IMG/VR virus record: IMGVR_UViG_3300032116_000296
Location: 1-51,310 of that record
Length of the DNA stretch: 51,310 nt
Origin: a virus
Taxonomy: Duplodnaviria > Caudoviricetes
Direction: 5' to 3' (one strand)
Shown here: positions 38,491 to 47,472 of the stretch, piece by piece
Numbering within the stretch: the stretch's first letter is position 1
How the letters are laid out: each line of letters starts with the position of its first letter
Translations under genes and position numbers: made by a program
Notes under the pieces: generated by a model
The model's database searches: none
What the model was told of the DNA's origin: nothing
Seen by the model: the letters and a program-made list of their open reading frames with translations, nothing else

Positions 38491-39421
38491 TGAACTTACA
38501 CTCCACCATCATCTCAGTGAGACATGCGGTGAGGTTCAGTTCCTGATCAGCAACAAATGCAGATTGATACTGATATTTTGCGAGAATCAAAACTGCATTT
38601 GGAATCGTAGACTTATCCATCACATCATATAAACTATCATAGATCTTACGATAGATTTTTGCAGGATCATCACCACCAAAGTCGGCAACCCATTTACGCA
38701 TTGCTCCGAAGTTTTGATCTTTGAGCGATGTAATCAAATCATTTAATGACACATCAGCAATGCTAGTGAGAATGCCAGAGTCAATTTTGCCGCTAACAGA
38801 GTATCGCTGAAGTTCATTCAACACTCGACGATAGTCAGGGAAGTGTTTCTTTACAACTTCTGCAAGAACTGATTTATCGTATGGGATTTTCTCAACAGCC
38901 AAAATCTCTGCTGCGCGTTTCATGAATGCCATTGCCATCTTAGGTTTATCTTCTTTACGAAGTTTAAACTCAATTACAGCGCAACGAGAATGCAGTGGTT
39001 CAATAATGCGATTCTTATAATTACAAGTCATGATGAAAGTGCAGTTATGAGCAAACTCTTCCATCGCAGCACGCATGGCTGGCTGAGTTGAGTTTGGATT
39101 CAGATAATCTGCTTCATCGATAATGATGACTTTCTTGCCACCGCCAAGAGACATTGAACTTGCGTAGTTCTTGATCTTAACTCGGAAGGTATCAATGCCT
39201 GACTCATCCGAACCATTGATCATCAAATAGTCACAACCAATTTCATCACACAACGCACGTGCAACCGTAGTCTTACCAGTGCCTGGTCCACCGCAGAGAA
39301 GAAGATGAGGAATCTCCTTGCGATCTACATACGACTGAAAAGTGGACTTGTATTCCTCAGGAAGGATACAATCGGCAATAGTATGAGGACGGTATTTTTC
39401 AACCCACAATGCTTCAACCAT
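38483..39421 (-). CDS. gp44: Clamp loader AAA+ subunit (gp44)
   Basis: LWVEKYRP, GGPGTGKTT, IIIDEADYL, IIEPLHSRC, FPDYRR. Confidence 0.95.
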   Translation of the reverse strand: MVEALWVEKYRPHTIADCILPEEYKSTFQSYVDRKEIPHLLLCGGPGTGKTTVARALCDEIGCDYLMINGSDESGIDTFRVKIKNYASSMSLGGGKKVIIIDEADYLNPNSTQPAMRAAMEEFAHNCTFIMTCNYKNRIIEPLHSRCAVIEFKLRKEDKPKMAMAFMKRAAEILAVEKIPYDKSVLAEVVKKHFPDYRRVLNELQRYSVSGKIDSGILTSIADVSLNDLITSLKDQNFGAMRKWVADFGGDDPAKIYRKIYDSLYDVMDKSTIPNAVLILAKYQYQSAFVADQELNLTACLTEMMVECKFNG

Positions 39422-39437
39422 AATATAAAACTCCTTG

Positions 39438-39761
39438 TCACTCAGTTACTATTCTACGCCATTTACCGTTTGTATACAAGTACATCTCGCCATCTGGTCC
39501 GACGGTCATACTTGCCTTTACATGTCGTTCAGTTCCAGGAACAAACTGCGATCCAAAACGGAATGTATTAGGTTCTGTCGGAAGCAGTTCACCATACTCA
39601 GCACCAATGGCTAATTTGCCATTGTAACCAGTAGATTCAATTTCCTTGATACACCTTGCTTTTTCAGAATCTGGTAAAACGGCTGCGGCGGCAACTACGC
39701 CACCACCAGCAATACCACCAGCAAGTCCAAGATACTTGAAAAAATTACGTCTTGTTGCCAC
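39438..39761 (-). CDS. Hypothetical protein with twin-arginine (Tat) signal
   Basis: A GTG start at 39761 gives MATRRNFFKYLGLAGGIAGGGVVAAAA, matching S/T-R-R-x-F-L/F-K plus a hydrophobic region. Confidence 0.65.
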   Translation of the reverse strand: MATRRNFFKYLGLAGGIAGGGVVAAAAVLPDSEKARCIKEIESTGYNGKLAIGAEYGELLPTEPNTFRFGSQFVPGTERHVKASMTVGPDGEMYLYTNGKWRRIVTE

Positions 39762-39912
39762 GTTTATGCTCCCATAACGAATATAATGCGATCCCAATCA
39801 TCAACATGACTGGAGGTGCAGAATACGGAATCCAATGGAAGTATGTGTTCGCAAGAGCGAAAATTGCGGTCAACAGAATTACGATTAGAATAGGCAATTC
39901 AGATTTATGCAT
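39745..39912 (-). CDS. 55-aa two-TM microprotein
   Basis: Read by hand: MHKSELPILIVILLTAIFALANTYFHWIPYSAPPVMLMIGIALYSLWEHKRGNKT. Confidence 0.5.
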   Translation of the reverse strand: MHKSELPILIVILLTAIFALANTYFHWIPYSAPPVMLMIGIALYSLWEHKRGNKT

Positions 39913-39934
39913 AATATATTCCTAAAAGAGAAGA

Positions 39935-40007
39935 TGGGGTGGAGGAGGTGAACCCTCACGATGAGCAGTCTGGCGGATAGTACCGTCGGCAAGAAAGCCG
40001 CACCCCA
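39935..40007 (-). ncRNA. Candidate 73-nt multi-stem (cloverleaf-like) non-coding RNA
   Basis: Closing stem TGGGGTG/CACCCCA. Inner stems CGGC/GCCG, ACGGT/ATCGT and GAGG(GTTCA)CCTC. GC-rich intergenic stretch just downstream of a CTAAATA late-promoter-like motif. Confidence 0.5.
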
Positions 40008-40013
40008 ATAGAC

Positions 40014-40250
40014 TTATTTAGCCACGTTTTCGTAAATGGTCTGGAAGTCAGTCTGCTCTGCAACTTCCTCCTCATAATTACGCTTGTGATAAGTCTTTGC
40101 CAGTTTACGACCCAACTTCTTTGGAATCTCGCACTCATCCTGCATCTTCGCAAGGATCTCACGAATCAAATCTCGTTCGGCTTCAATACGAGTCAACGAG
40201 TTTGAGATTTCCTGGAGGCATCCCAGAACCTTTGCTTTATCAATAGCCAT
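40014..40250 (-). CDS. T4 DsbA-like double-stranded DNA-binding protein
   Basis: LQEISNSLTRIEAERDLIREI...IPKK..RKLAKTYHKRNY pattern. Confidence 0.65.
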   Translation of the reverse strand: MAIDKAKVLGCLQEISNSLTRIEAERDLIREILAKMQDECEIPKKLGRKLAKTYHKRNYEEEVAEQTDFQTIYENVAK

Positions 40251-40252
40251 AA

Positions 40253-40933
40253 TTATTCCTCACCAAAAGTCGAGTTTGCGGCTTCAATTGCGATATAGTA
40301 AACGATATCGACAGTCTTATGCTTGAATCGCGCCATACCCTTTTTGGCAATAGAAACATCATATGAACCATCAAGAAGTTTGAAGTTTTCGACCTTCATT
40401 ACTACGCGGAACTTCTTACCATCGCTGGTTCCAATCTCAATCTTAGATTGGTCAGCAGAATCATCTTTGATATCAGTTGCAATAAAGTTGATAACTGAGC
40501 CATCACTCTCAAATACGAAGTTTGGCGAACCAGAGATACCAGCACTCTTGCGCATCCAATCAAGATCTTCTTGAGATAGACTGAATGAGCAATCTGGATC
40601 ACCAAATGTGATTGACTTCTCTGGTGGAGTTACAATAACCTTCGGTGAACAATACTTGATATAATCAGACTTCTTTTTGTTCTCAGTATTGATAGTCAAC
40701 TTGTCGTCATCAAAACCCAACTCTGCATCTTTATACAGAGAAACCTTTGCAAGAAGTTTGTTTAGATCATACAATGCAAACTCTTTTGGGAAAGTTTCAT
40801 TGACAGTTGCTTCAACAAAGATAGTCTTGAGACCAGAAATGGTCTTCAAAGTATTACCTTCTTTGAATTGTAGACTCTGATTGATACCAGAGAAGTTCTT
40901 TAGAATTTGTACGGTGTTTTCAGAAAGTTTCAT
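40253..40933 (-). CDS. gp45: DNA polymerase sliding clamp (gp45)
   Basis: MKLSENTVQILKNFSGINQSL, FALYDLN, KVENFKLL.GSY.V.I, YYIAIE. Confidence 0.93.
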   Translation of the reverse strand: MKLSENTVQILKNFSGINQSLQFKEGNTLKTISGLKTIFVEATVNETFPKEFALYDLNKLLAKVSLYKDAELGFDDDKLTINTENKKKSDYIKYCSPKVIVTPPEKSITFGDPDCSFSLSQEDLDWMRKSAGISGSPNFVFESDGSVINFIATDIKDDSADQSKIEIGTSDGKKFRVVMKVENFKLLDGSYDVSIAKKGMARFKHKTVDIVYYIAIEAANSTFGEE

Positions 40934-41592
40934 AATTTAACATCCTCAATTTGCTCAACACGATTATTATATAACGAATCAACTAAATTGTCAACCCTTG
41001 TCTTCAACTCATCTAATGAACAATTATTGTCCATAACAATATCATATTCTGAACCAATCCAAGCCCATTCTGAATAATGAACTTCTGGATATGCGTTGCG
41101 CATTACTTCTTGTTGAAGGCGTCCCAGATTGCAGTCTCGAGCAAGATCATACCACTCAGGATCAGGACCACGACGAACGCGAACAACACGTCCCCCAGAA
41201 TCTCGAATAGCCTTGATTTCATTTGGGAATCTCACATCAGCAATCACATAATTGTTCCAGGGTGCTTGTTCACAGCGACGCATTACAGTATGAACCCAGA
41301 GGTCAGGATGGAAAACATCCCGTCCTGCCTCTGTGCCCATCAGTTGTAGTGCCAATCTTGGTGAGAATTCACGACCAAGTTTGTTTGACCACCACTCATC
41401 TTTTTGCTCGCGCCATGCTCGAGATTCTGGAGTGTTACCCTCGAGCATTTCGCGATTCCAACCAAAGATGATTGAACATGCATCCTTGAGACTGTTTGCG
41501 TAACTTTCTTTGGAAAAGTCATGTCGCTCAACCAAGAGATCCGCGACTGTACCTTTCCCTGCTCCAATGAAGCCAACGAGTCCAACAATCAT
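40930..41592 (-). CDS. Deoxynucleoside monophosphate kinase (T4 gp1-like)
   Basis: GLVGFIGAGKGT, PRLALQLMGTE, IADVRFPNE, HYSE. Confidence 0.9.
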   Translation of the reverse strand: MIVGLVGFIGAGKGTVADLLVERHDFSKESYANSLKDACSIIFGWNREMLEGNTPESRAWREQKDEWWSNKLGREFSPRLALQLMGTEAGRDVFHPDLWVHTVMRRCEQAPWNNYVIADVRFPNEIKAIRDSGGRVVRVRRGPDPEWYDLARDCNLGRLQQEVMRNAYPEVHYSEWAWIGSEYDIVMDNNCSLDELKTRVDNLVDSLYNNRVEQIEDVKL

Positions 41593-41598
41593 ATAGGA

Positions 41599-42414
41599 TT
41601 ATAGAGATCCGACGAAGTTTGCAACGGCTGGCATGTCACCAGTGAATGCATATGTACCGACGTGATGCGTCTTCATCCATGGGCACAACCAAATCTGACC
41701 ACCGATATTTCTCCACCACTGACAGAACATATAGTCTTCAGACAGATAACGATCTGATCCACGACCACCATTTTCCTTTGTATCAATGACAGTATCGAAG
41801 TACGCATGGATGTAACGCGAGCCGTCAAAGTTGGCTTGACCAACATGGTCTGGACGATACTTCAATTGTGGATATGCTTCAGCAAACTTTGGGAATACCT
41901 CACGCTTGACCATCATGTAGCCAGTACCAATCTCGAGAACTTCAACTGGTTCAGCAACAGAGAATTTCTCGGTGCCAGGAACTGGATTGAAAACGAAATC
42001 GCCAGCAAGTTTTTCCATATCGCCAGGAGTGATGTCAGGATGACGCTTGACACCTTCCTTTACAGCACCCCACTTAATGGACTTCTTTGGATATGGTCCA
42101 CCAATGACATCCTTATTCAAGGCAAGCAATGCAACTACATCGCGTGGATCGAAATGAATATCAGCATCAATAAAGAGAAGATGCGTAAAACCTTCTGCAC
42201 GAAGGAATTCATCTACGAGATAATTGCGAGCACGAGTAATGAGAGATTCATTGAAGATAAACGAGAATCGAACTTCAATGCCATACTGTGTGCAAACAGA
42301 TTGAAGATCAAGGCATGACTTTACATACATGCCATGTGCAGAGCCGCCATACATTGGGGTTGCAACAAATAGTTTATTCTTGCGTAGTTCTTCTACAGAG
42401 ACTTCTAACTGCAT
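41599..42414 (-). CDS. Glycosyltransferase-like (GT-A fold) protein
   Basis: ATPMYGG, NESLITRARN, HLLFIDADI (DxD), GTGYMM, YLSEDYMFC. Confidence 0.7.
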   Translation of the reverse strand: MQLEVSVEELRKNKLFVATPMYGGSAHGMYVKSCLDLQSVCTQYGIEVRFSFIFNESLITRARNYLVDEFLRAEGFTHLLFIDADIHFDPRDVVALLALNKDVIGGPYPKKSIKWGAVKEGVKRHPDITPGDMEKLAGDFVFNPVPGTEKFSVAEPVEVLEIGTGYMMVKREVFPKFAEAYPQLKYRPDHVGQANFDGSRYIHAYFDTVIDTKENGGRGSDRYLSEDYMFCQWWRNIGGQIWLCPWMKTHHVGTYAFTGDMPAVANFVGSL

Positions 42415-42416
42415 AA

Positions 42417-42998
42417 TTATTCACTCCAGTTGTAAAATTTTCTAATATAGTCAATGATCTTTGCCTGATCATCGAGATTTTCGTTGACCATTGTCTCTAT
42501 ATAGTCCATGAGCGTTAGCGAACCCATGATATTGGAGATTTTTGTCGCACGAGAATTCTTAAACTTATCATCTTGATCATCTTTTCGATCTACATGACGT
42601 TGTTCTTTTGTTCCATGAGATGCGGTCAGAACAAGAACCTTATATGAATTTGGAAACCACTCCGAAAGTTTATCCAGCAGTTTACCATTGAATAAACGAT
42701 CACCTTCGAAGATTACATTCACTGAATGATCATTTGCATTTGATTCATATTCAAGAGTGCTGAAAAACTTCTCAGCATCAGGCTGCACTGCCATGCTCAA
42801 CCGATCTGTTCCTTGAAACACGTTACCATCATCTGCATACTTGCCAAGAATATAAAGATTGAGTTTCTTGGAATACATTGCATCAAGAAGTTTTTGTGGC
42901 TTAACAACCTGCCAATCGTTAGCCATTGAAATCAATTTAAACATCAGAGTGGTCTTGCCTGTTGCTGGTTCACCACCCATTGCAATTACTTTTACCAT
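42417..42998 (-). CDS. P-loop nucleotide/DNA kinase of the type found in base-hypermodification clusters
   Basis: GGEPATGKTT (Walker A), LGKY..G..FQGTDRLSM, IFEGDRL. Translationally coupled to the amino acid:DNA transferase gene. Confidence 0.75.
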   Translation of the reverse strand: MVKVIAMGGEPATGKTTLMFKLISMANDWQVVKPQKLLDAMYSKKLNLYILGKYADDGNVFQGTDRLSMAVQPDAEKFFSTLEYESNANDHSVNVIFEGDRLFNGKLLDKLSEWFPNSYKVLVLTASHGTKEQRHVDRKDDQDDKFKNSRATKISNIMGSLTLMDYIETMVNENLDDQAKIIDYIRKFYNWSE

Positions 42999-44020
42999 AA
43001 TGCTTCTAGTCCTTGTTGTACTGGGTTTTCATCTGAGAACATCCAATCTAGACGATCTATTCTACCACTTCTTACATAAGAAGTAAACTTTTCTTTGTTG
43101 ATTGTGGCATTACGAATCGCAAGCCTTGAATCAAGAGTTTCGTTTCTTGCTTGCCAAAGAACATTCCACTCAATGCCAGTCCATCCATCTTTCTCTGCTT
43201 GCTGAATTTCTTCAGACTGACGATCAAGATAGTAACCAAGATATCGCCCATGGTGTTCACGGAAGATTTTCTTGAATGAACAAAGGCAAGTTTCCATCGT
43301 GAAGAAATCAATTTGATTTAGCAAGTCGGGGTATCTAGATCGCGTCTCCTCAAGTATGTCTCGCGATCTAGCCTCAAGAGACTTATATTCTGCTGCAGTA
43401 AGTGGTTTATCGTATTTGTCATCTTCGCCGAGGGCAAGAAGCAAACCATTACGATGTGAACGAGAGCCAGAATAATCGTCCAGCATGAGGCTAGTAGGTA
43501 TACACTTAATGCCAGCAGTATGAGTGAGATGCTGAAGATAAAACCAAGTGGAATAACGACCAAATTTATAAAGACTTCCTTTAAGATTATTCCAAAGGCT
43601 GTTAAAAGTTTGCTCTTCGTTGTCTCCATAATAACTCTCCAAAACTTCTCTTTGTGTGCGATTGCCAATAAACTCTTGATAAGATTCGAACATGGCTGGC
43701 AAATGACCCTTGTTCCACTTTGTATCTGTTTGGTATCTCAGTCTCTTGTAATTGTGACTATTCCACCAGCGAATACGATCCACAGTGGCGAGTTCATAAT
43801 CTGGGAACTCATTCTTGAGAACCCATGCAGTTGGTAGTTGATAGGTGTTACCATACAACCACGCAAACCACAATCGCTCTTCGTCATTGTGTTCGTATCG
43901 CTGGTGGAGATAGTTAGTGCACCACACTGCTGGGTCACAGTCGCCGAATTTCAGCGACCATGAGTACCAGCGTATGAATTGCTCACGCCTCTCTTTAGTT
44001 ATTGAACGCAGGGAGGACAT
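42992..44020 (-). CDS. Amino acid:DNA transferase (aGPT-Pplase2 / AADT-like)
   Basis: GDCDPA, WFAWLYGNTY, KFGRYSTWFYLQHL (HhH-glycosylase-like), ETCLCSFKK, YLGYYLDR. Start codon uncertain (44020 or 44035). Confidence 0.75.
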   Translation of the reverse strand: MSSLRSITKERREQFIRWYSWSLKFGDCDPAVWCTNYLHQRYEHNDEERLWFAWLYGNTYQLPTAWVLKNEFPDYELATVDRIRWWNSHNYKRLRYQTDTKWNKGHLPAMFESYQEFIGNRTQREVLESYYGDNEEQTFNSLWNNLKGSLYKFGRYSTWFYLQHLTHTAGIKCIPTSLMLDDYSGSRSHRNGLLLALGEDDKYDKPLTAAEYKSLEARSRDILEETRSRYPDLLNQIDFFTMETCLCSFKKIFREHHGRYLGYYLDRQSEEIQQAEKDGWTGIEWNVLWQARNETLDSRLAIRNATINKEKFTSYVRSGRIDRLDWMFSDENPVQQGLEALW

Positions 44021-45308
44021 CAACAGTAATATCAAGTTGCATATAGTTAATCATATCACGAAGTTTATCAATATGCTTCTCTTGGTCTTCAATCGCAAGT
44101 TCGTTTTTGTTCTTGAAGTAGAGAACAATCGCGCCTTTCTTTTTCTTCACATTATACATACGGTGCACAATATAGCCAAGAGCCACAGCATGTTCTGCTT
44201 TGGAAGCAGTCGCATGAATCGCGGCAGTGCCTTTGAGTTCATACTTCTTGACTTTGTGGTTATTCAACCACTGATCATCATAAGCAATTAGATTATCCTG
44301 ATACTTCAACGCATTTTGTTGCGTTTCAAAGTCATTCAGAATTGAACGAAAAATACCATTCAACTTCTTCTTGTCTTCAGTGATCAAAGAGAATCGCTCA
44401 TAGATCAATTCACGAGCACTATCAACTGCCAGTGGATCAGAAAGATCAATCCCCTCGCGAACCAAAAAGTTATTAATGTTTCGCTTAATATCAGCATCTG
44501 TATTCGTCTTTCGAACAATAAAGTCTTCCTTGTTCTCAAGCATACCAAAAAGATCATAGTTTGATAGACGAGTTTCTTCGTCAGCACCAAACTCTGTCTC
44601 GTTAATATACACGACAGGAATTTCTTTCAAACCTGTTTTTGACACTGCTTCGAGACGATTGTTACCGTTCAAAACTGTGTTTACAACTTTGTCTTTATTA
44701 CTAGAGACAACAACGACAACAGGGTCCTTCAACAACCATTCCCATGCGTCTTTAGAATTTTGATCGAAACGCGATTTAATTTTACGAACATGATTCACAT
44801 CAATTTGTTCAACACGAATCTGATTACGCTCATATCCGTGAACAACTTTGACAGGATCAAGAACAACTTTATAATGCCCAGACTTGATTGCATTATGGAT
44901 CGCAGTAACAGTTGCTTTATCTTGAAGAAATCTATCAACTGGCTTAATGCCATCTGAGCGACCTTCAATCCAATCAACAACTAGTTGTTTGTGCTCAACA
45001 GTGAGCAATGACTCATCAACACAATGAGCATTGTTTGACTTATTATAGAATTTGCTCTTATCCCAAGACATACCATAGTCAAGACCAAACCACTCAATCG
45101 TTTGAGCAAGATCATCTTGAAATGCATTGCCTTCAAACAGCAAAGACTTTTCAACTTTTCCTTTATAGTAATCTTCCCAGAATTGGGGATTACTGATCGA
45201 TGAAATATAATCGGGTCTATCAGTCTTGGGAGACTTATAGCCAATATTCATCATTCCGTTTTCGATATTACGGAAACCATAAACATAACACTTCTTACTA
45301 GTCAACAT
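43995..45308 (-). CDS. GIY-YIG-like N-terminus fused to ParB/Srx-like domain
   Basis: CYVYGFRN....MNIGYK...YISS...E...FYNKSN (degenerate GIY-YIG). PVVVV..VLNGNNRLEA..TGLKEIPVVYI (ParB-like). SD GAGGAG before the ATG at 45308. Confidence 0.55.
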   Translation of the reverse strand: MLTSKKCYVYGFRNIENGMMNIGYKSPKTDRPDYISSISNPQFWEDYYKGKVEKSLLFEGNAFQDDLAQTIEWFGLDYGMSWDKSKFYNKSNNAHCVDESLLTVEHKQLVVDWIEGRSDGIKPVDRFLQDKATVTAIHNAIKSGHYKVVLDPVKVVHGYERNQIRVEQIDVNHVRKIKSRFDQNSKDAWEWLLKDPVVVVVSSNKDKVVNTVLNGNNRLEAVSKTGLKEIPVVYINETEFGADEETRLSNYDLFGMLENKEDFIVRKTNTDADIKRNINNFLVREGIDLSDPLAVDSARELIYERFSLITEDKKKLNGIFRSILNDFETQQNALKYQDNLIAYDDQWLNNHKVKKYELKGTAAIHATASKAEHAVALGYIVHRMYNVKKKKGAIVLYFKNKNELAIEDQEKHIDKLRDMINYMQLDITVDVLPAFNN

Positions 45309-45350
45309 ATCAAACTCCTCGGCAAATAACATTATGCCATATTAGGTTAA

Positions 45351-45409
45351 TGTTGCACCGTTATTGGTAGCAACAGATATAGTATAGACTATTTCATAAC
45401 AAGAGTAAA
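45351..45409 (-). promoter_or_regulatory. Internal sigma70-type promoter plus leader stem-loop
   Basis: TTTACT (45404-45409), 17 bp, TATACT (45381-45386). Hairpin TGTTGC..GCAACA at 45351-45375. Confidence 0.6.
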
Positions 45410-45417
45410 CAGCAATT

Positions 45418-45933
45418 TTAATAAACTTGTACACACCCACCTTTTCCCTTCTTATACACTGCTGCATTTATCACAGGATCGGTGAGATCATAGATTCCAT
45501 CGGAGAAATTCTTGCCATTTATCTTGAACATACTGAGAGAGCATCCGCTCTTTTGTTTTCCCAAGAATTTGAATCCCATTGATTCGTAGAATACAACTGC
45601 ATCAGGCTCGGCTGAAACGCGATAGTAACTGGTGCCAAGACCTTGCGCACGATCGAGAGAGTCTTGAGTTAGAACTCTTGCCACACCTTTGCGGCGATGT
45701 TTGGCAAATGTATGCAATAACTGTAGATTGAAAACATATGGGGTTTTCTTTGAGCGAGTTGTGATGATCGCGCCTGCCAGTTCCTGCTCCGCCGTCCCTT
45801 CCCAATATCCGATACAATACTGCCATTGTTGTTGCATATCTGCTTTTGCGACGAAAGTCTTGGCAAAAGCATCAGCCTTGTCTTCAGTTATGTGTGCGAC
45901 AAATTCGCCGCGAGTGGTCTCACGCAGCGTCAT
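45418..45933 (-). CDS. GNAT-family acetyltransferase
   Basis: LQLLHTFAKHRRKGVARVL (acetyl-CoA-binding motif A) and AVVFYESMGF. Start trimmed to MTLRET. Confidence 0.85.
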   Translation of the reverse strand: MTLRETTRGEFVAHITEDKADAFAKTFVAKADMQQQWQYCIGYWEGTAEQELAGAIITTRSKKTPYVFNLQLLHTFAKHRRKGVARVLTQDSLDRAQGLGTSYYRVSAEPDAVVFYESMGFKFLGKQKSGCSLSMFKINGKNFSDGIYDLTDPVINAAVYKKGKGGCVQVY

Positions 45934-46792
45934 GGAATTCGCGTTTCTTTTCTCCGCGTTCCTTTGGATACTTGGTTTGAATCCAACCAAGATACTCATT
46001 TACATTCCAGATAAATGGAGGGAATCTGAAATTATCCCCTGCCAGAATTTCTTTTACTGAGGGTCCGTCATTCAATGCAGCGTCGATAAACTTTTCTACA
46101 AATCGAAACTGCGATTCAAGTTCATTACGGCGAGTTGTTGAGCGAAAGCAACGAAACTCGATTGTACCAGTATGCTTCATACAGTATGTGTTGATTGCAT
46201 AACGGAATGGGCGACCCATTGATACGCCATCTTTGCCAGCAGCATGCAGTTTAATGAAGTGATCAAAGTCAGTTGCAAGATTGATAATGTTATCACACAT
46301 ATACTCTGGCATTGGACGACCACCATCGTATTTCAAATACATCTTGGCACCTTCACATGACTTCATATCCTTTGTTTCGTAGAAGCCATAGCATGCATCA
46401 ATGGTGTCTTGTTGATTGGCTTTGATGTAAGCAATCAATCGTTTTAATGCAGCAACATCGTTCTTAAGTCCTGGAACAAAGACATGAATGTGACCATGAT
46501 TAACGCATGAGGTGGATGGTTGATTTCCATATTCAAGAAACATCTCATAGAGTTTCATCACACGATCAACTTGTTCCTGCCAAGTCTTAGTTGGCATCAT
46601 ATTGACTTCGCCACCCATCCATGGCTCTTTGCCGAGTGGATCACATGCACGATATTCAAACGGAGGATGCAAATTGACAATATCCGTTTCAGCATATTCC
46701 CATTTACCAAGATTCGGAGGAATCGTCATTCGACGGTCAATATCACCCCACTCAATCTCAGCACCGTATGTAAATGTTTCTTTATTGTACAT
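45920..46792 (-). CDS. Putative amidoligase (COOH-NH2 ligase, glutamine synthetase/GCS-like fold)
   Basis: TYGAEIEW, GGEVN, SCVNHGHIHV, RYAIN...GTIEFRCF. Start trimmed to MYNKETF. Confidence 0.75.
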   Translation of the reverse strand: MYNKETFTYGAEIEWGDIDRRMTIPPNLGKWEYAETDIVNLHPPFEYRACDPLGKEPWMGGEVNMMPTKTWQEQVDRVMKLYEMFLEYGNQPSTSCVNHGHIHVFVPGLKNDVAALKRLIAYIKANQQDTIDACYGFYETKDMKSCEGAKMYLKYDGGRPMPEYMCDNIINLATDFDHFIKLHAAGKDGVSMGRPFRYAINTYCMKHTGTIEFRCFRSTTRRNELESQFRFVEKFIDAALNDGPSVKEILAGDNFRFPPFIWNVNEYLGWIQTKYPKERGEKKREFHDAA

Positions 46793-47471
46793 GCTGTAAG
46801 TCCCTTGCATTATCAATGTGAACAAACTCTCTACGAAAGACACCCTTGCCCATGGTCACATATGAATTCATATCAATCTCGATAGAACCTGACAAGTCAG
46901 CGCGTGTGGCGATATCTTTCGTTGAAGTAATTATACCGCCATTTGGCAAGGAAGTAAAATAAATTGGACGCTTTCCGTTGCGATAGAAACGCAATTTCTT
47001 TTCAGCATAGAGTTCAATTACTGCCATTGAAGCATTAGCAAACTCTACAAGCGGAGACTTCTTTGCTTTGATTGTATGAAGAATCAATTCTGAATCATTG
47101 CGAGTTTTGCAATCATAACCATAAAGATCTTTCCACTTCTCTGGCATCTCTTGACTTACAACGCCATTGTGAACAATCGAGAGAGTTTCATCCCAAAGTG
47201 GTTGATTGTAGTTTAAATCAGAGGTTGAATATCGACAGTGACCAATTAGATATAGATTGCCGTCTTCATTCAATGCTGTTTTTAGATCAAATGCTTCAAT
47301 GAATTTTCCTGCAGGAGTTGCAGAAATCATTGTGTTAACTCGATTGTTCCGAACCCAAGATACACCAGTTGCGTGCAATCCGCGAATACTCGACTCGCGA
47401 AAAACATCAGCAAGCATGATCAAATCACGAGAACTTGGATTCTCTAGGAATGCACCAATTACAGCACACAT
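46782..47471 (-). CDS. Class II (Ntn) glutamine amidotransferase
   Basis: N-terminal MC (Cys nucleophile), RGLHATG, IGHCRYST, NQP, VHNGV, NDSE. Confidence 0.88.
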   Translation of the reverse strand: MCAVIGAFLENPSSRDLIMLADVFRESSIRGLHATGVSWVRNNRVNTMISATPAGKFIEAFDLKTALNEDGNLYLIGHCRYSTSDLNYNQPLWDETLSIVHNGVVSQEMPEKWKDLYGYDCKTRNDSELILHTIKAKKSPLVEFANASMAVIELYAEKKLRFYRNGKRPIYFTSLPNGGIITSTKDIATRADLSGSIEIDMNSYVTMGKGVFRREFVHIDNARDLQHVQ

Positions 47472-47472
47472 A

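Noticed and set aside
39935-40007. Canonical tRNA gene or hammerhead ribozyme
   Set aside because: It lacks a proper anticodon arm, D-loop GG and TTCRA T-loop, and has no CTGATGA core. Kept only as an unclassified ncRNA candidate.
41806-42318. 170-aa plus-strand ORF
   Set aside because: Antisense to the GT-like gene, with no recognisable motifs or expression signals.
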